Below, in pieces: positions 19,983-30,780 of a stretch of 64,000 nucleotides of DNA (its first letter is position 1; each line of letters begins with the position of its first letter). The notes beneath the pieces were generated by a model. It worked only from the letters and a program-made list of their open reading frames with translations, was not told the origin of the DNA and did no database searches. A program made the translations under genes and the position numbers. This DNA is from an uncultured Acidobacteriota bacterium. Lineage in GTDB: Bacteria; Acidobacteriota; UBA6911. The stretch is taken from NCBI GenBank assembly GCA_963809485.1, contig CAWEJX010000008.1:256001-320000 (forward strand), given 5' to 3'.

Positions 19983-22067
19983 TCACGGCGTTACTTTGCT
20001 CTCCAGGACAACGATGCTCCGCGCATCCACCCGGTAGTGCCCAAGGCGGACAACCGGCTGCCGTGTCTTTTCGACAATGTCCGCCTGGGAAGGCTGCGAC
20101 GTGTCAACAGCCCGGTACCATTGCAAGCCGGGTACGGCCGGCACCTCCATCTCGACCGCTTTGTCGGACATATTCAGCATGATATGCAGGTCCTCCTCGG
20201 CTTCCGTCAATCGGCCAAGCGTATACGCAAGGACATGCGCATTGCAGTCGTTCCAGCACGGCTCATGAAGCCGCCGGCCATGCCAGGTCACATCGGGAAG
20301 CCTTCCGGCTGCCGGCTGCCCCGTCAGGAATGACGTCCTTGCAAGACACGGATGCCGCCCGCGAAAAGCGATCATCTCCGTTACAAAACGGAGCATATCG
20401 CTGTTCTCCTCCGTCAATTTCCAATCGAGCCAGCTCAATTCGTTGTCCTGGCAGTATCCGTTGTTGTTGCCGCGCTGGGTTCCAAAAACCTCGTCGCCGG
20501 ACCGGAGCATGGGGATTCCATGGCTCAGGAAAAGCAGGGCAATGAAATTCTTCGCCTGGCGCTTTCTCAGCCTCCTGATTTCGGGATCATTGGTTTCCCC
20601 TTCCGCGCCGCAGTTCCAGCTCGCATTGTCATTGCAGCCGTCTCTGTTGCCCTCGCCGTTTTCTTCATTATGCTTGCTGCTGTAAGTGACAAGATCCCTG
20701 AGCGTGAATCCGTCGTGGCACGTTACGAAATTGATGCTGTTAATCGGGAGCCTCCCATCCGGCTCATACAGATCGCTGCTGCCCGAAAGACGTGTTGCGA
20801 CCTCGCCGATCAAACCCGGATCGCCGCGCACGAAGCGCCGCATGACATCCCTGTACCGCCCGTTCCACTCCGCCCACCGTAATCCCGGAAACCCTCCGAC
20901 CTGGTAGAGGCCGCCGGCGTCCCACGCTTCCGCGATGAGCCTCGCATTGCCGAGGACGTGGGAAAGCTCGATGTACCAGGGCATGGGCGCATACTGCAGC
21001 GGGGCGCCGTCCGTCCCCCTGACGAGAACGCTGGCCAGATCGAACCGGAAGCCGTCCACGTGCATCTCGCGCACCCAATATTCCAGGCAATCCATCAAAA
21101 AAACCGTCACTATGGGAAAGTTGCAGTTGATGGTATTGCCGCAGCCCGTGTAGTCCCGGTAGACGGAGAGATCGTTGGGATCCAGGTGATAAAAATTCCG
21201 GTTGCCAAGCCCCTTAAAATTGATTGTGGCCCCGTCGGCGCCTCCCTCCGCCGTATGATTCAGGACGACATCCAGAATCACCGCGATGCCTGCTTTGTGC
21301 AGAGCCTTAACCATATCCCGGAATTCGAGCACATGGGTTCCCTTCTCCGCCGACACGCAGTAGCCGGGATGAGGCGAGAAAAAACTGTGGGTGCTGTAAC
21401 CCCAGTAGTTAGTCAGTCCCCTTGCTGCAACAGCTTTGGGAACATCCTGCTCGTCGAAAGCCATGACGGGCATCAACTCCAAATCCGTAACCCCAAGCGA
21501 TTTCAGATAGGGGATTTTCTCGACAACCCCGGAAAAGGTGCCTGGATGCCTAACCCCGGACGAGGCATGGCGCGTAAAGCCCCCAACGTGCATTTCATAA
21601 ATGATGGACTGCTCCGCAGGCCGATGAACCGGCTGATCCCCTTCCCAATCATATCCGTCGTCGCAGACTACAATGCCACGTATCGACGCGTCGGTGTTGT
21701 CCCCGATCCTGCCGGCGCGCTGCCGGTCCCATAAAAGATCGCAGACGGCGCGCGCCCGCGGATCCACGAGAGCCTTTTGCCTGTCAAAACGATATCCCGA
21801 CCGCCCGTTCTGCGGGCCGCCGATTCTCCAGGCATAGAACACACCGGGGGGCAATCCGTAAAGATACACATGCCAGAATGAATAGGTCCGGTTCTTGACC
21901 GGATCAAGAGTTACGATCTGGAAAGGCTCCCGGCTGTCGGCGCACTCGAAAAGCAATAGTTCCGCACTTGTCGACCGCGTGCCCCACAGAGTGAAATTTG
22001 TTCCTTCGGCATCCGTCGTTACGCCGAATGGAGAGCGGCTTCCCGGACCTACAGGGTATTGCTTCAT
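19983..22067 (-). CDS. glgX: glycogen debranching enzyme / isoamylase (GH13)
   Basis: NYWGYST, DVVLNHTAEG, DGFRFDLAS, IAEAWD, FVTCHDGFTL, QRGNNNGYCQDN. Confidence 0.95.
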   Translation of the reverse strand: MKQYPVGPGSRSPFGVTTDAEGTNFTLWGTRSTSAELLLFECADSREPFQIVTLDPVKNRTYSFWHVYLYGLPPGVFYAWRIGGPQNGRSGYRFDRQKALVDPRARAVCDLLWDRQRAGRIGDNTDASIRGIVVCDDGYDWEGDQPVHRPAEQSIIYEMHVGGFTRHASSGVRHPGTFSGVVEKIPYLKSLGVTDLELMPVMAFDEQDVPKAVAARGLTNYWGYSTHSFFSPHPGYCVSAEKGTHVLEFRDMVKALHKAGIAVILDVVLNHTAEGGADGATINFKGLGNRNFYHLDPNDLSVYRDYTGCGNTINCNFPIVTVFLMDCLEYWVREMHVDGFRFDLASVLVRGTDGAPLQYAPMPWYIELSHVLGNARLIAEAWDAGGLYQVGGFPGLRWAEWNGRYRDVMRRFVRGDPGLIGEVATRLSGSSDLYEPDGRLPINSINFVTCHDGFTLRDLVTYSSKHNEENGEGNRDGCNDNASWNCGAEGETNDPEIRRLRKRQAKNFIALLFLSHGIPMLRSGDEVFGTQRGNNNGYCQDNELSWLDWKLTEENSDMLRFVTEMIAFRGRHPCLARTSFLTGQPAAGRLPDVTWHGRRLHEPCWNDCNAHVLAYTLGRLTEAEEDLHIMLNMSDKAVEMEVPAVPGLQWYRAVDTSQPSQADIVEKTRQPVVRLGHYRVDARSIVVLESKVTP

Positions 22068-22074
22068 GTTTTTC

Positions 22075-23487
22075 CTATCTCACCACCTCGATTTTAATCA
22101 GATTCGTGGTGCCCGGACGGTTTATGGGAATCCCCGCCGTAATAACCACCGTCTGCCCCTTCTTGATGAGGCCCGTTTCCAGTGCGGATCTCAATGCAGC
22201 GTCAACAATTTTGTCACTGCCTGCTATCTCCGCTCCCAGAACCGGAAGAACGCCCCTGCATAGAGCCAGTTGCCGCCTTGTTTTCTCCACCGGCGTGTGG
22301 GCCAGAATGAGCTCATCCGGCCGGCAGCGGGAAACAAGTCGGGCGGTGCTTCCAGACTGGGTTATGGTAATTATGGCGGCCGCCCCGATGCTGGCCGCAA
22401 GATTTGCCGCCGCGCATGCAACTGCGCTCGGGAGCGAACCGGGGATCGGATCGATACATACGAATCGGGACCCGGCACCCGGTGCCATTTCGGCTTCCCG
22501 GGCGATGCGGGACATCATCGCTACAGCCTCGACCGGATATTTTCCCATGGCGGTTTCCTCGGACAGCATTACCGCATCGGTACCGTCCAAAATGGCATTC
22601 GCCACATCGGTCACTTCCGCGCGCGTCGGCCGCGGACTTTCGACCATGGAGCGCAGCATCTGAGTAGCGGTAATAACGGGTTTGCCCGCAGCCAGGGACT
22701 TTCGTATGATGGCCTTCTGGACCTGAGGGATCTTCTCGAGCGGCGTTTCCACCCCCAGATCCCCGCGGGCGACCATAAGACCGTCTGCGGCATCGATAAT
22801 TGCATCCATGTTCTCCAAAGCTTCGTGTTTCTCGATTTTCGCAATCACAGGGGCTGCCCCCCCGCAGCGCCTGATGTGGCGCCGGACGGCTGCAATGTCG
22901 CCCACACTCCGCACGAAGGACATGGCGACATAGTCGACGTCATTTTCAAGCCCGAACCGCAAGTCATCCCTGTCCTTGGCCGTCAGGCAGGGCGCTCGAA
23001 GGGTTCCGGTCGGAAGATTGATTCCCTTGAAGGAACTCAGCGGGCCCCCGATGACGACCTTGCAGCGGATGTCCTTGCCGCTTACGGAAGCGACCTCGAG
23101 CTCGAGCGCCCCGTCGCTCAGCAGGAGGGTGTCGCCCTTGCCGACGTCGGCAGCCATGGCCGGGTAGCTTATCGAGGCGGTCCGCGCGTCTCCGGGCACC
23201 TTTCGGCCCGTCAAGGTAAAGATGGCTCCCGGTTCGAGGACAACGGGGCCGTTGGCTATCCGGCCAATCCGTATCTTGGGCCCCGCCAGATCCTGCAGTA
23301 CGGCGACCGGCTTATTCAAGCGGCGGGATATGCGCCTTATGAGCGCGATGACCCGGGCGTGTTCAGCCTGGGTGCCGTGCGAAAAATTCAGCCGGGCCAC
23401 GTTCATTCCGGCCCGTATCAGCCGCTCCAGAACGTCGGCAGAGTTCGATGCAGGGCCGATGGTACATACGATCTTTGTTTTGTTCAA
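22075..23487 (-). CDS. pyk: pyruvate kinase
   Basis: KTKIVCTIGPAS, ARLNFSHG, AKIEK, MVARGDLGVE, TATQML, DAVMLSEETA. TTG start after GGAGG. Confidence 0.96.
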   Translation of the reverse strand: MNKTKIVCTIGPASNSADVLERLIRAGMNVARLNFSHGTQAEHARVIALIRRISRRLNKPVAVLQDLAGPKIRIGRIANGPVVLEPGAIFTLTGRKVPGDARTASISYPAMAADVGKGDTLLLSDGALELEVASVSGKDIRCKVVIGGPLSSFKGINLPTGTLRAPCLTAKDRDDLRFGLENDVDYVAMSFVRSVGDIAAVRRHIRRCGGAAPVIAKIEKHEALENMDAIIDAADGLMVARGDLGVETPLEKIPQVQKAIIRKSLAAGKPVITATQMLRSMVESPRPTRAEVTDVANAILDGTDAVMLSEETAMGKYPVEAVAMMSRIAREAEMAPGAGSRFVCIDPIPGSLPSAVACAAANLAASIGAAAIITITQSGSTARLVSRCRPDELILAHTPVEKTRRQLALCRGVLPVLGAEIAGSDKIVDAALRSALETGLIKKGQTVVITAGIPINRPGTTNLIKIEVVR

Positions 23488-23516
23488 TTCCGCACCTCCC
23501 GGATGGGTCTTCCTCC

Positions 23517-23908
23517 AGTCAGATACCTCCGGCAAAAGCCGGAGGATTGAAAGATTTGAACCGCTCAAAGCGGTTGGAGGAGCTACGCCGGTCTTGAACG
23601 CTGACTTACGCGGGCAAAAGCCGATGAGGCGCTTCCGATCCCCTCAGAGGCCAGCGCTCCGCGCTGGACAGTTTTCTGCGGCGGCACTGTGGCAAGCGCC
23701 GTGCGGCACGGAGATGAAGGGTATGAGAAACCGGGCGTTTGCCACAGTGCCGCCGCAGAAAACTCCATCGGAAGCGCCTCATCGGCTTTTGCTCGCCGAC
23801 CCTCGCCGAACAAATCCGCGTTTGTCAGCGCTTTTATCAGCGTTTATCAGCGTCTCAAAATACGGAGCAGTCAAATTCTTTGAGTCCCCCGGCAGAGCCG
23901 AAGTTTAC
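23517..23908 (-). mobile_element. non-autonomous IS200-ended hairpin element, copy 2
   Basis: Near-identical to 11549-11940. Sits ~30 bp upstream of the pyk start. Confidence 0.75.
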
Positions 23909-24178
23909 CGTATAATTATAGGGCAAAACCGGAGTGAGGTTTTCGGAATTTGTTTAACACAAAATACGCAAGGTCCCCAGTCTCCGGCTGTGCCGGAGGA
24001 TTCCTGCTGCCTAAACTTTCATCATTGGGGTCAGGAGACCGGTCCGCACCATAATCTGGAGGAGGGAAATTGATGCCGCCTTGACGTGTGCTTGCGGATA
24101 CAGTTAATTTATATGTAAATTGATGCATGATTTGAAATTCCCTTTATCCCAACGGCCGCCATCGGGAGGAAGTGACGA

Positions 24179-26056
24179 TTGGAAAACCATCAAAAAGTCC
24201 TGTTTGTAGAGCCGGCGAGCGGCTTCTACCGGATGAGACGTTACGCAATCGGGGACTATTTCGGTCCCGTCGACCTCGGGCTCCACATTTCCGGCCGGAC
24301 ACAAAGCCTCAACATCGGCGTCGGATTGTTCGCCGGATCGATCATCCCGGGATCAAACAGGCTGTTTGTGACCGGTTATTCCCCCTGCTGGCGCGGATTC
24401 TACGTGTCCTCCATGGGCGGCGCGGGGCTTATCTTCGACAATTTGGGGATTAACATGGTCAGCCTGGTCGGAAAGGCGCCCGTCCCTTCCGTGCTCTACC
24501 TCAACCGGAGCCACGGGGAAGAAATCGAGGTCGAGGTCGAACCGGTCGACGTGAATGCTGTCTGGGCTACCGGCCGCGGCGGCGTTTACACTCTCCTGGA
24601 ATACGTTCAGGCAAAATACGCCTCCCGCTACGAGAACGATCCGCGCATCCTGGCGGTCGGACCGGCTGCGCAGTCCACCGATTTCGGCGCGATAGTTTCT
24701 GTTCCGATGGCCCATGGGAAGCTGAGCTTCGTCGACACCTGGGCGGGCCGCGGGGGACTTGGATCCAAAATGCTCCAGGACCACGGTATTGCCGCGGTCA
24801 TCTACGGCGGAACCTACCTTGACGAGGATTTCCGCGATCGCAAGGTAGCCGATGAATGGTTCGACGTGAAATACAAGCAGAGACTCGCCATCAAGGATTT
24901 CGAGGGCACGACCAAGTACCGCTTCGACCCGAAATTCGATACGGGCGGCACATTTGGCGTCAATTATGCAACGATGGGGGGACGCATTATGGCGTTCAAC
25001 TACCGGACCATCCATTGGTCCGAAGAAGAACGTCTGAAGCTGCACGAGCAGTTCATCGTGGCGCACTACCTCAAGCAGTTCAACGAAGAGACGATTCGCA
25101 CCAAACAGCAGACCAACTGCGGCGAGCCCTGCGCGGCTGTCTGCAAAAAACTGAACGGCGAATATAAAAAGGACTATGAGCCTTATCAGACGCTGGGACC
25201 GCTCTGCGGAATCTTCGATCAGCGCGCGGCCGAAAAACTCAACCACTGCGGCGACGCTTCCGGATTCGACGCGATCAGCCTGGGAGGTGTGCTTGCCTGG
25301 CTGATGGATTGCCTGGACCGTGGGCTTGTTTCCACGGAGGAACTGGGAGTGACGAAGCTGCCCCGATGGGATCACGCCCGCCTCGATCCTGTCGCGGATT
25401 CCATGCATAACGCGGAACTGGGCGTCGAGCTTGTGCATTCAATCCTTCAGAAGCGCGGGATACTCGATTTGTCCGAGGGGATCAGGAAATGGGGGAGAAG
25501 TTACCGGAAGCGGAAAGGGATCGACATCCTGGATCATTGCCTTTACAGCGCGTTCGGCCGCAAGGGCTGGATGGTTCCGAATCAATACTGGACGCCGGGC
25601 GTTCTCGTCCCCATGGCCATAATGGGGAAATATTACATGCATTACGGCACTGACTTTCTGCCTCCCCGCGAACTGGGACGATATTGCGCAGTCCGGCTGC
25701 GCAAGGAACTCAACATGGATAATGCGGGGATCTGCCGCTTCCACCGGGCGTGGGCCGAAGAGATGATGCCCGATGTCATTGAATCCCTGTACGGGCTCAA
25801 AGCACAATTTCTCCAGGCCAATGCCATCTGCGCGAGCCGCATTAACAGCCGGAATGCCGGGGTTTTCTGGGAGAGCGAGCTCAATGTCGACTTCGTTCTG
25901 GCCTTCCTTAAGAGAAAACGCGACATCGACGGGGAGGTTCATCCGGACCTTGCCCATTGGATCGAGCGCTTCGAGAGGGACAGGAAAGACGCATCGCTGG
26001 ATTACTGGTTTGAGATCCGCAAAGGCATCGACGAATCGCTGCGTGATTTCAACTGA
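24179..26056 (+). CDS. glyceraldehyde-3-phosphate:ferredoxin oxidoreductase (GAPOR)-like W/Mo AOR-family enzyme
   Basis: SSMGGAG, WAGRGGLGS, TTKYRFDPKFDTGGTFGVNY, FNEETI...NCGEPCAAVCKK...DYEPY, GFDAI and CRFHRAW resemble archaeal GAPOR as recalled. Lies next to pyk and glgX. Confidence 0.75.
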   Translation: MENHQKVLFVEPASGFYRMRRYAIGDYFGPVDLGLHISGRTQSLNIGVGLFAGSIIPGSNRLFVTGYSPCWRGFYVSSMGGAGLIFDNLGINMVSLVGKAPVPSVLYLNRSHGEEIEVEVEPVDVNAVWATGRGGVYTLLEYVQAKYASRYENDPRILAVGPAAQSTDFGAIVSVPMAHGKLSFVDTWAGRGGLGSKMLQDHGIAAVIYGGTYLDEDFRDRKVADEWFDVKYKQRLAIKDFEGTTKYRFDPKFDTGGTFGVNYATMGGRIMAFNYRTIHWSEEERLKLHEQFIVAHYLKQFNEETIRTKQQTNCGEPCAAVCKKLNGEYKKDYEPYQTLGPLCGIFDQRAAEKLNHCGDASGFDAISLGGVLAWLMDCLDRGLVSTEELGVTKLPRWDHARLDPVADSMHNAELGVELVHSILQKRGILDLSEGIRKWGRSYRKRKGIDILDHCLYSAFGRKGWMVPNQYWTPGVLVPMAIMGKYYMHYGTDFLPPRELGRYCAVRLRKELNMDNAGICRFHRAWAEEMMPDVIESLYGLKAQFLQANAICASRINSRNAGVFWESELNVDFVLAFLKRKRDIDGEVHPDLAHWIERFERDRKDASLDYWFEIRKGIDESLRDFN

Positions 26057-26311
26057 CCTTACAGAATCCGAGAAAAAAAGGATTGGATTCGGAGGGCTTG
26101 GCAAGTCGCACGGGAGATTCAGATCCGGAATAAAAGGCGCCGATTAGCCAGGATATGAGGATCGCTCTGCGGCGGCGAATCCAGGCATGCCTGTCCGCAT
26201 CCTTAATCCAGGAGGGCAGGTGACAACAGGTCCCACTGGAAAACCCGCGAGCTGGAATCAATAAATGCCCATTTACGCCGCCGCGCCGCGAACTCCCGTA
26301 AAAAATCCGGT

Positions 26312-27157
26312 CTAGTGCATGAGGGTTCCGCCGGTCACATTGATGGCCTGGCCCGTCATATATTGTGACAGGTCGCTGACCAGGAAATAAACCACATCGG
26401 CGATATCCTCGACTTTGCCCATGCGCTTGAGGGGAACCGTGGCGGTAAGCGCCTTGTATTCATCTTCACGGAATTTTTCTATCGTGATGCCTGCCTTCTG
26501 GCTCCTCATCGTTGCATCATCGTCGCGCAGGTTGGTCGCGAAGAAACCCGGATTAATGGCATTGACCCGGATTTTGTAAGGAGCCAGCTCCAGAGCCAGA
26601 GCTTGCGTGATGCCGATAACGGCCCATTTGGAGGCCGCATAGGCGGCGCTGCCCGGGCAGGCCAGTTTTCCCGCTGCGGAAGCAATGTGGACGATATTGC
26701 CTCCTTCGTTCCTGCGGATCATATCTTTGGCAACCGCCTTGGACACGATCATGGTGCCCAGCGTGTTCACGTCAAACAGCAGCCGCCAGTCTTTTTCATC
26801 GCCGTCCGCAATATTCACACCCACCGGGCCGCGTGTCCCAGCCAGGTTGACCACGATGTCGATCTTGCCGAACGTGTCCAGAGTTTTCTTCACGGCAGCC
26901 TCGACTTCTTTTGAGTTTTCCACGCCGGCCACCGCATAGGCCGCTTTGCGGCCTAAAGCTTCGATCTCTTTGACAACATCCTCCAAACCCCTCCAGCCTT
27001 CGTCTCCGGCCCACGCGCTTTTGGGAGCGGCGAACTTATCGGTCACCATCACATCGGCTCCTTCTTTCGCCAACCGCAACGCGACCGCCCGCCCCATACC
27101 CCGTTTTGCCGCTGCGCCCGTGATAAATGCAACTTTTCCGCTTAACGCATTGCCCAT
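26312..27157 (-). CDS. SDR family oxidoreductase
   Basis: TGAAAKRGMG, NLAG, YAASK, VNAINPG. Confidence 0.92.
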   Translation of the reverse strand: MGNALSGKVAFITGAAAKRGMGRAVALRLAKEGADVMVTDKFAAPKSAWAGDEGWRGLEDVVKEIEALGRKAAYAVAGVENSKEVEAAVKKTLDTFGKIDIVVNLAGTRGPVGVNIADGDEKDWRLLFDVNTLGTMIVSKAVAKDMIRRNEGGNIVHIASAAGKLACPGSAAYAASKWAVIGITQALALELAPYKIRVNAINPGFFATNLRDDDATMRSQKAGITIEKFREDEYKALTATVPLKRMGKVEDIADVVYFLVSDLSQYMTGQAINVTGGTLMH

Positions 27158-27189
27158 AGGACTGCCTCCTTGTTTTGTCTCAAAGCACC

Positions 27190-28560
27190 TTATGTTAGAA
27201 GACGTATCATTTCCCGGATATCCTCCAGCCGCTCGAGCTGGCCGACCCGTTGTATGATTCCTTCAATCCGCCCGGCCTCCAGGCTCCTGGCGCAATCTCT
27301 GAATTTCCGTGCGCAATCCTCGAAGGACATCGGCCGCTCGAGGCTGCCCAGGGGATTCTCCACCACCTTTGCAAACTCCTTCCCGTCGTTCGTAATTACC
27401 TTCACGCGCGTGGGCTCCGGGCCGGGTTTGTGAAGCGTGTTGTCCACCTCCACGCGCATCTTTTGAGTAACCTCCAGCACTTCCCGATTCCTGATGGCGT
27501 TTTCCGTAAAGTCATCCAGGCCGACGCGCCTGCCGACGATGGCCGAGGCCACTCCCCAGGGAATGCTGAACTGCGCGTCTACGGGGCTTCTCGGCGTCCG
27601 CTTGGATTCCAGAGGCTGGCAAAGCAGCGAAAGATGCGCGTCGGTGACCGAAAGCACGATCTCCTTTATGTCTTTGCTCCGGATATTCTGCTCGGTTGCC
27701 AGAGCCAAAGCGGCGTCAATGGCCGGATGGATGCCCCGGCAGCACGGATAGGGCTTGATCGCGACGTTGACACCCTCGAAACGTTTGCCAAGCTCGGCCG
27801 TAAGTATTTCCCGACTGTAATCCCCGTGCATGTATTGCCTATAGAAACCCCACTCGCCTTCCAGGCTGTTTTGGGCGCCCGTGACACCGGCCTTAGCCAA
27901 GAGCGCGGCCGTGATGCCTCCCTTTACGGCGAATCCGGGTCCAAGCCTCTTGGTTAACGCGCCATCCTTGACACACTGGCCGTTGCCCCCGCACTGGTGA
28001 TAACCGATGCCGATGGCATCGACCGTCTTCTCTTCGCCTAAGCCCATGATCCTGGCAGCCGTCGCGGCAGAACCCATAAAGCCGAACAAGGATGTCAGGT
28101 GCCATCCCAGCTCGACCGGGCTCCTGCCCGGGGTAGTTGCCAAAGCCAGCCGGCACATCATATCGACGCCCAGCGCCGTGCTGGTAATGAATTCCCTGCC
28201 GCTCAAGTTTCCCTGCGCTTCCGCCACAGCCATAGCGACAGGTATGGATGCTATTCCCGGATGCATGACAGCCGCTTCGTGGACATCATCAAAGTCCAGG
28301 GCATGAGCCATCGTGGCGTTGGCCTGCGCGGCATTGGGCGCGGGCACCTTCTGCCGGCTGCCGATGAGACTGCTCTCTTCCTTGCCGCCCCAGTCCTTTA
28401 CGAGTTGGCATACATGCGTCGCGCCCGGCTGAGAGGCGCCGCCCAGTGCAACTCCCAATAAATCCAGGATCTCCTTTTTTGTAGCCTCCACCACTTCCGA
28501 CGTAAGATCCTCGAACTTCGTGTTTGCGAAGTTCCTGGCGAATAAAAAGGCAGCGTCCAT
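27190..28560 (-). CDS. MmgE/PrpD family protein
   Basis: AHALDFDDVH...HPG, GWHLT, KPYPCCRGIH, AQFSIPW. Confidence 0.93.
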   Translation of the reverse strand: MDAAFLFARNFANTKFEDLTSEVVEATKKEILDLLGVALGGASQPGATHVCQLVKDWGGKEESSLIGSRQKVPAPNAAQANATMAHALDFDDVHEAAVMHPGIASIPVAMAVAEAQGNLSGREFITSTALGVDMMCRLALATTPGRSPVELGWHLTSLFGFMGSAATAARIMGLGEEKTVDAIGIGYHQCGGNGQCVKDGALTKRLGPGFAVKGGITAALLAKAGVTGAQNSLEGEWGFYRQYMHGDYSREILTAELGKRFEGVNVAIKPYPCCRGIHPAIDAALALATEQNIRSKDIKEIVLSVTDAHLSLLCQPLESKRTPRSPVDAQFSIPWGVASAIVGRRVGLDDFTENAIRNREVLEVTQKMRVEVDNTLHKPGPEPTRVKVITNDGKEFAKVVENPLGSLERPMSFEDCARKFRDCARSLEAGRIEGIIQRVGQLERLEDIREMIRLLT

Positions 28561-28568
28561 ATCTTTCC

Positions 28569-28652
28569 CCAGTCTCCAGTCTCCAGTTTCCAGTTGCCAG
28601 TTTTGAGATTTGTTTTTAACTGAAAACTGGGAACTCTGAACTGGAAACTCGA
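28569..28652. repeat. heptamer inverted-repeat element B
   Basis: ccagtct ccagtct ccagttt ccagttg ccagttt / aactgaa aactggg aactctg aactgga aactcga (5+5 units). Confidence 0.9.
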
Positions 28653-28655
28653 TTC

Positions 28656-29534
28656 CTATTTGTCGAAATCATCCAGCACTTTGAAATAATCGTGTTTTTC
28701 GTGGGCGGCTTCCCGGACCCCTTTGTCCCTTCGCAGTTTGAAAAAGTTGAGTTCGCCTTCGTCGAGCACTTTATTGGTCTGAAAGCTGTGCATGATGTAG
28801 TGCTCCACCAGGCCCCGGTCGATTCCCATGGTGTGATAAATCAATTCCCGGGTAGCTTTGCCCAATGCAATACCGTCTTTGGGATGGAGGCAGAGCCCAT
28901 GAGCCAGGTTCCGGACTTCCTCATCGAGTTTGTCGGCCGGCACGGCTTTGTTGATCAGATTGTATTGCGCCGCCTTGATGCCGTTGAATCTGCGTCCGGT
29001 GAGGCAAAGCTCCATCGCTCGCGTCAGGCCGCACCGCAGGATCATCATGGGCGTAAGCGTCATGCCGCCCTGGCCCAGACGTTCCTCGACATGCCCCATC
29101 TGGCAGTCTTCGCTGGCGATGATCAGGTCGCAGAAACTCACGAGATTGAATGCGACGCCCAGACAATAGGTGTGCAGCTGCGCGATCGTGATCTTCTTGC
29201 AGTAAAGTATTCTCCTGTGGAAATCCACAAAAAGGTTCCTGTCGAATTCCAGCTTAACCCGCTGCGGAATGCGCTGCTTGCCCTTTTCGCCGGGTTTCGG
29301 CTCCCTCATGCCGTAAACAAATCCCACGCCGGTTAAATCGGCGCCGGCGCTGAAGGCGCGTCCTGCGCCTTTGAAAACGACGACTTTCACGTCATCATCC
29401 CGTTCCGCTTCGTTTAATGCCGCCGTCCAATCCCGGAAAATTTCGGGGCCGATGGCGTTGAGCCGGTCCGGCCGGTTCAGGGTGATAAATGCTACCTGTT
29501 TGTCTTTTTCGTATTTTATAAACTCCAGTTCCAT
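28656..29534 (-). CDS. enoyl-CoA hydratase/isomerase (crotonase) family protein
   Basis: ITLNRPDRLNA, GRAFSAGADL, CDLIIASED. Confidence 0.9.
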   Translation of the reverse strand: MELEFIKYEKDKQVAFITLNRPDRLNAIGPEIFRDWTAALNEAERDDDVKVVVFKGAGRAFSAGADLTGVGFVYGMREPKPGEKGKQRIPQRVKLEFDRNLFVDFHRRILYCKKITIAQLHTYCLGVAFNLVSFCDLIIASEDCQMGHVEERLGQGGMTLTPMMILRCGLTRAMELCLTGRRFNGIKAAQYNLINKAVPADKLDEEVRNLAHGLCLHPKDGIALGKATRELIYHTMGIDRGLVEHYIMHSFQTNKVLDEGELNFFKLRRDKGVREAAHEKHDYFKVLDDFDK

Positions 29535-29551
29535 GATGAGACCTCCGTTAT

Positions 29552-30769
29552 TTATTCAAGCACCCCTGAGGCAAGAAGCTCGACGAACTCCTCATCTGTC
29601 TTGCCCAGGATCTTCGTTAAGACATATTCGTTGTGCTCGCCCATGCAAGGGCTTGGCGTCGATGCCTGTGCCGGCGTCTTTGACAGAACCATGCTCGATC
29701 CCAGATGAGTGAACACGCCCATCTCACTGTGTTCCATGGGCCAGAAAAGTCCGCGCGCCCGCAACTGCGGATCTTCGAACAGGTCCGCCGAGTTTTCGAC
29801 GATGCCCGCAGGAACGCCTGCCGCCTGCAAAGCCGCCATTGCCTCCTCCGCTGTCCGGCCGGCCGTCCATGCATCAATCAAAGCATCCAGGGCCGCTTCA
29901 TTTTCTTTCCTGTGCTGCAGGGTGTCGAACTGGGGATCCTCAGCCAAATCCGGACGGCCCATGGTTTTGCATAGTGCAGACCACTGGCGGTCGTCGCTCA
30001 CAGCAATTGTGCACCACCGTTCCTTTCCCTTGCAGGGATACACATTGTGCGGTGCGCCATGCGGTACCGCGTTGCCCTTCCGGACCGGCTCCCTTCCGTT
30101 GACCGCCGCATCGAGGAGTCCGGGCAGCAGAAAGTAGAGCGCAGTTTCAAATTGCGCCAGATCGATGAGCTGGCCCTTTCCCGTTTTATCGCGATATTCC
30201 AGGGCCGCAATAAGGGCGGCCGAGGCGAAACGCGGACTGATACAGTCGGTGTAGGCGCCTACGCCAATCGGAAGCGGTCCCCTGTCCGGCCACCCGATGT
30301 AATTGGGAATGCCCGCAATGGCCGCCAGAATCATTCCGAAAGCTGCCAGATTTTTGTAGGGGCCTTCTGTCCCGAACCCGTTCTGCCGTACCATAATGAT
30401 GTCCGGCTTGATCTTCGTCAGGGCCTCGTACCCAAGCCCCCATTTGTCCATGACGCCCGGCGTGAAGTTTTCCATCACAACGTCGGCCCAGAAGATAAGG
30501 TCTTTGGCAACGCCGACCCCCTGAGGGCTGTTCATATTGAGCGAAAGGCTCATCATGTTAGCGCTGAAATGATTGAAGTAGCCGCTTCTGTTGAGACCGG
30601 GGACATTATCCTTGAAAGGCGCCGACGTCCTTGTGACACAAGGGCGATGACTGGTTTCCACCCGGACGACGGTTGCCCCGTAATCTGCAAAAAATTTCAG
30701 CGTCAGCGGCCCCACCATCGCCCAGTTAAACGCCGCTATCTTCAGATTGTCGAATACTTGATTGTTCAT
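29552..30769 (-). CDS. class III CoA-transferase (CaiB/BaiF; BbsF-like)
   Basis: WAMVGP, ADYGATVVRVE, ENFTPGVMDKWGLGY, AYTD, PHNVYPC. Confidence 0.9.
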   Translation of the reverse strand: MNNQVFDNLKIAAFNWAMVGPLTLKFFADYGATVVRVETSHRPCVTRTSAPFKDNVPGLNRSGYFNHFSANMMSLSLNMNSPQGVGVAKDLIFWADVVMENFTPGVMDKWGLGYEALTKIKPDIIMVRQNGFGTEGPYKNLAAFGMILAAIAGIPNYIGWPDRGPLPIGVGAYTDCISPRFASAALIAALEYRDKTGKGQLIDLAQFETALYFLLPGLLDAAVNGREPVRKGNAVPHGAPHNVYPCKGKERWCTIAVSDDRQWSALCKTMGRPDLAEDPQFDTLQHRKENEAALDALIDAWTAGRTAEEAMAALQAAGVPAGIVENSADLFEDPQLRARGLFWPMEHSEMGVFTHLGSSMVLSKTPAQASTPSPCMGEHNEYVLTKILGKTDEEFVELLASGVLE

Positions 30770-30780
30770 CCACTCCTCGC

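Noticed and set aside
23488-23568. N-terminal extension of pyk (similar extensions at 42489-42707, 30770-30829, 7691-7936, 61012-61239)
   Set aside because: The extensions run through repeat or intergenic DNA. Downstream starts have an RBS and match family N-termini.
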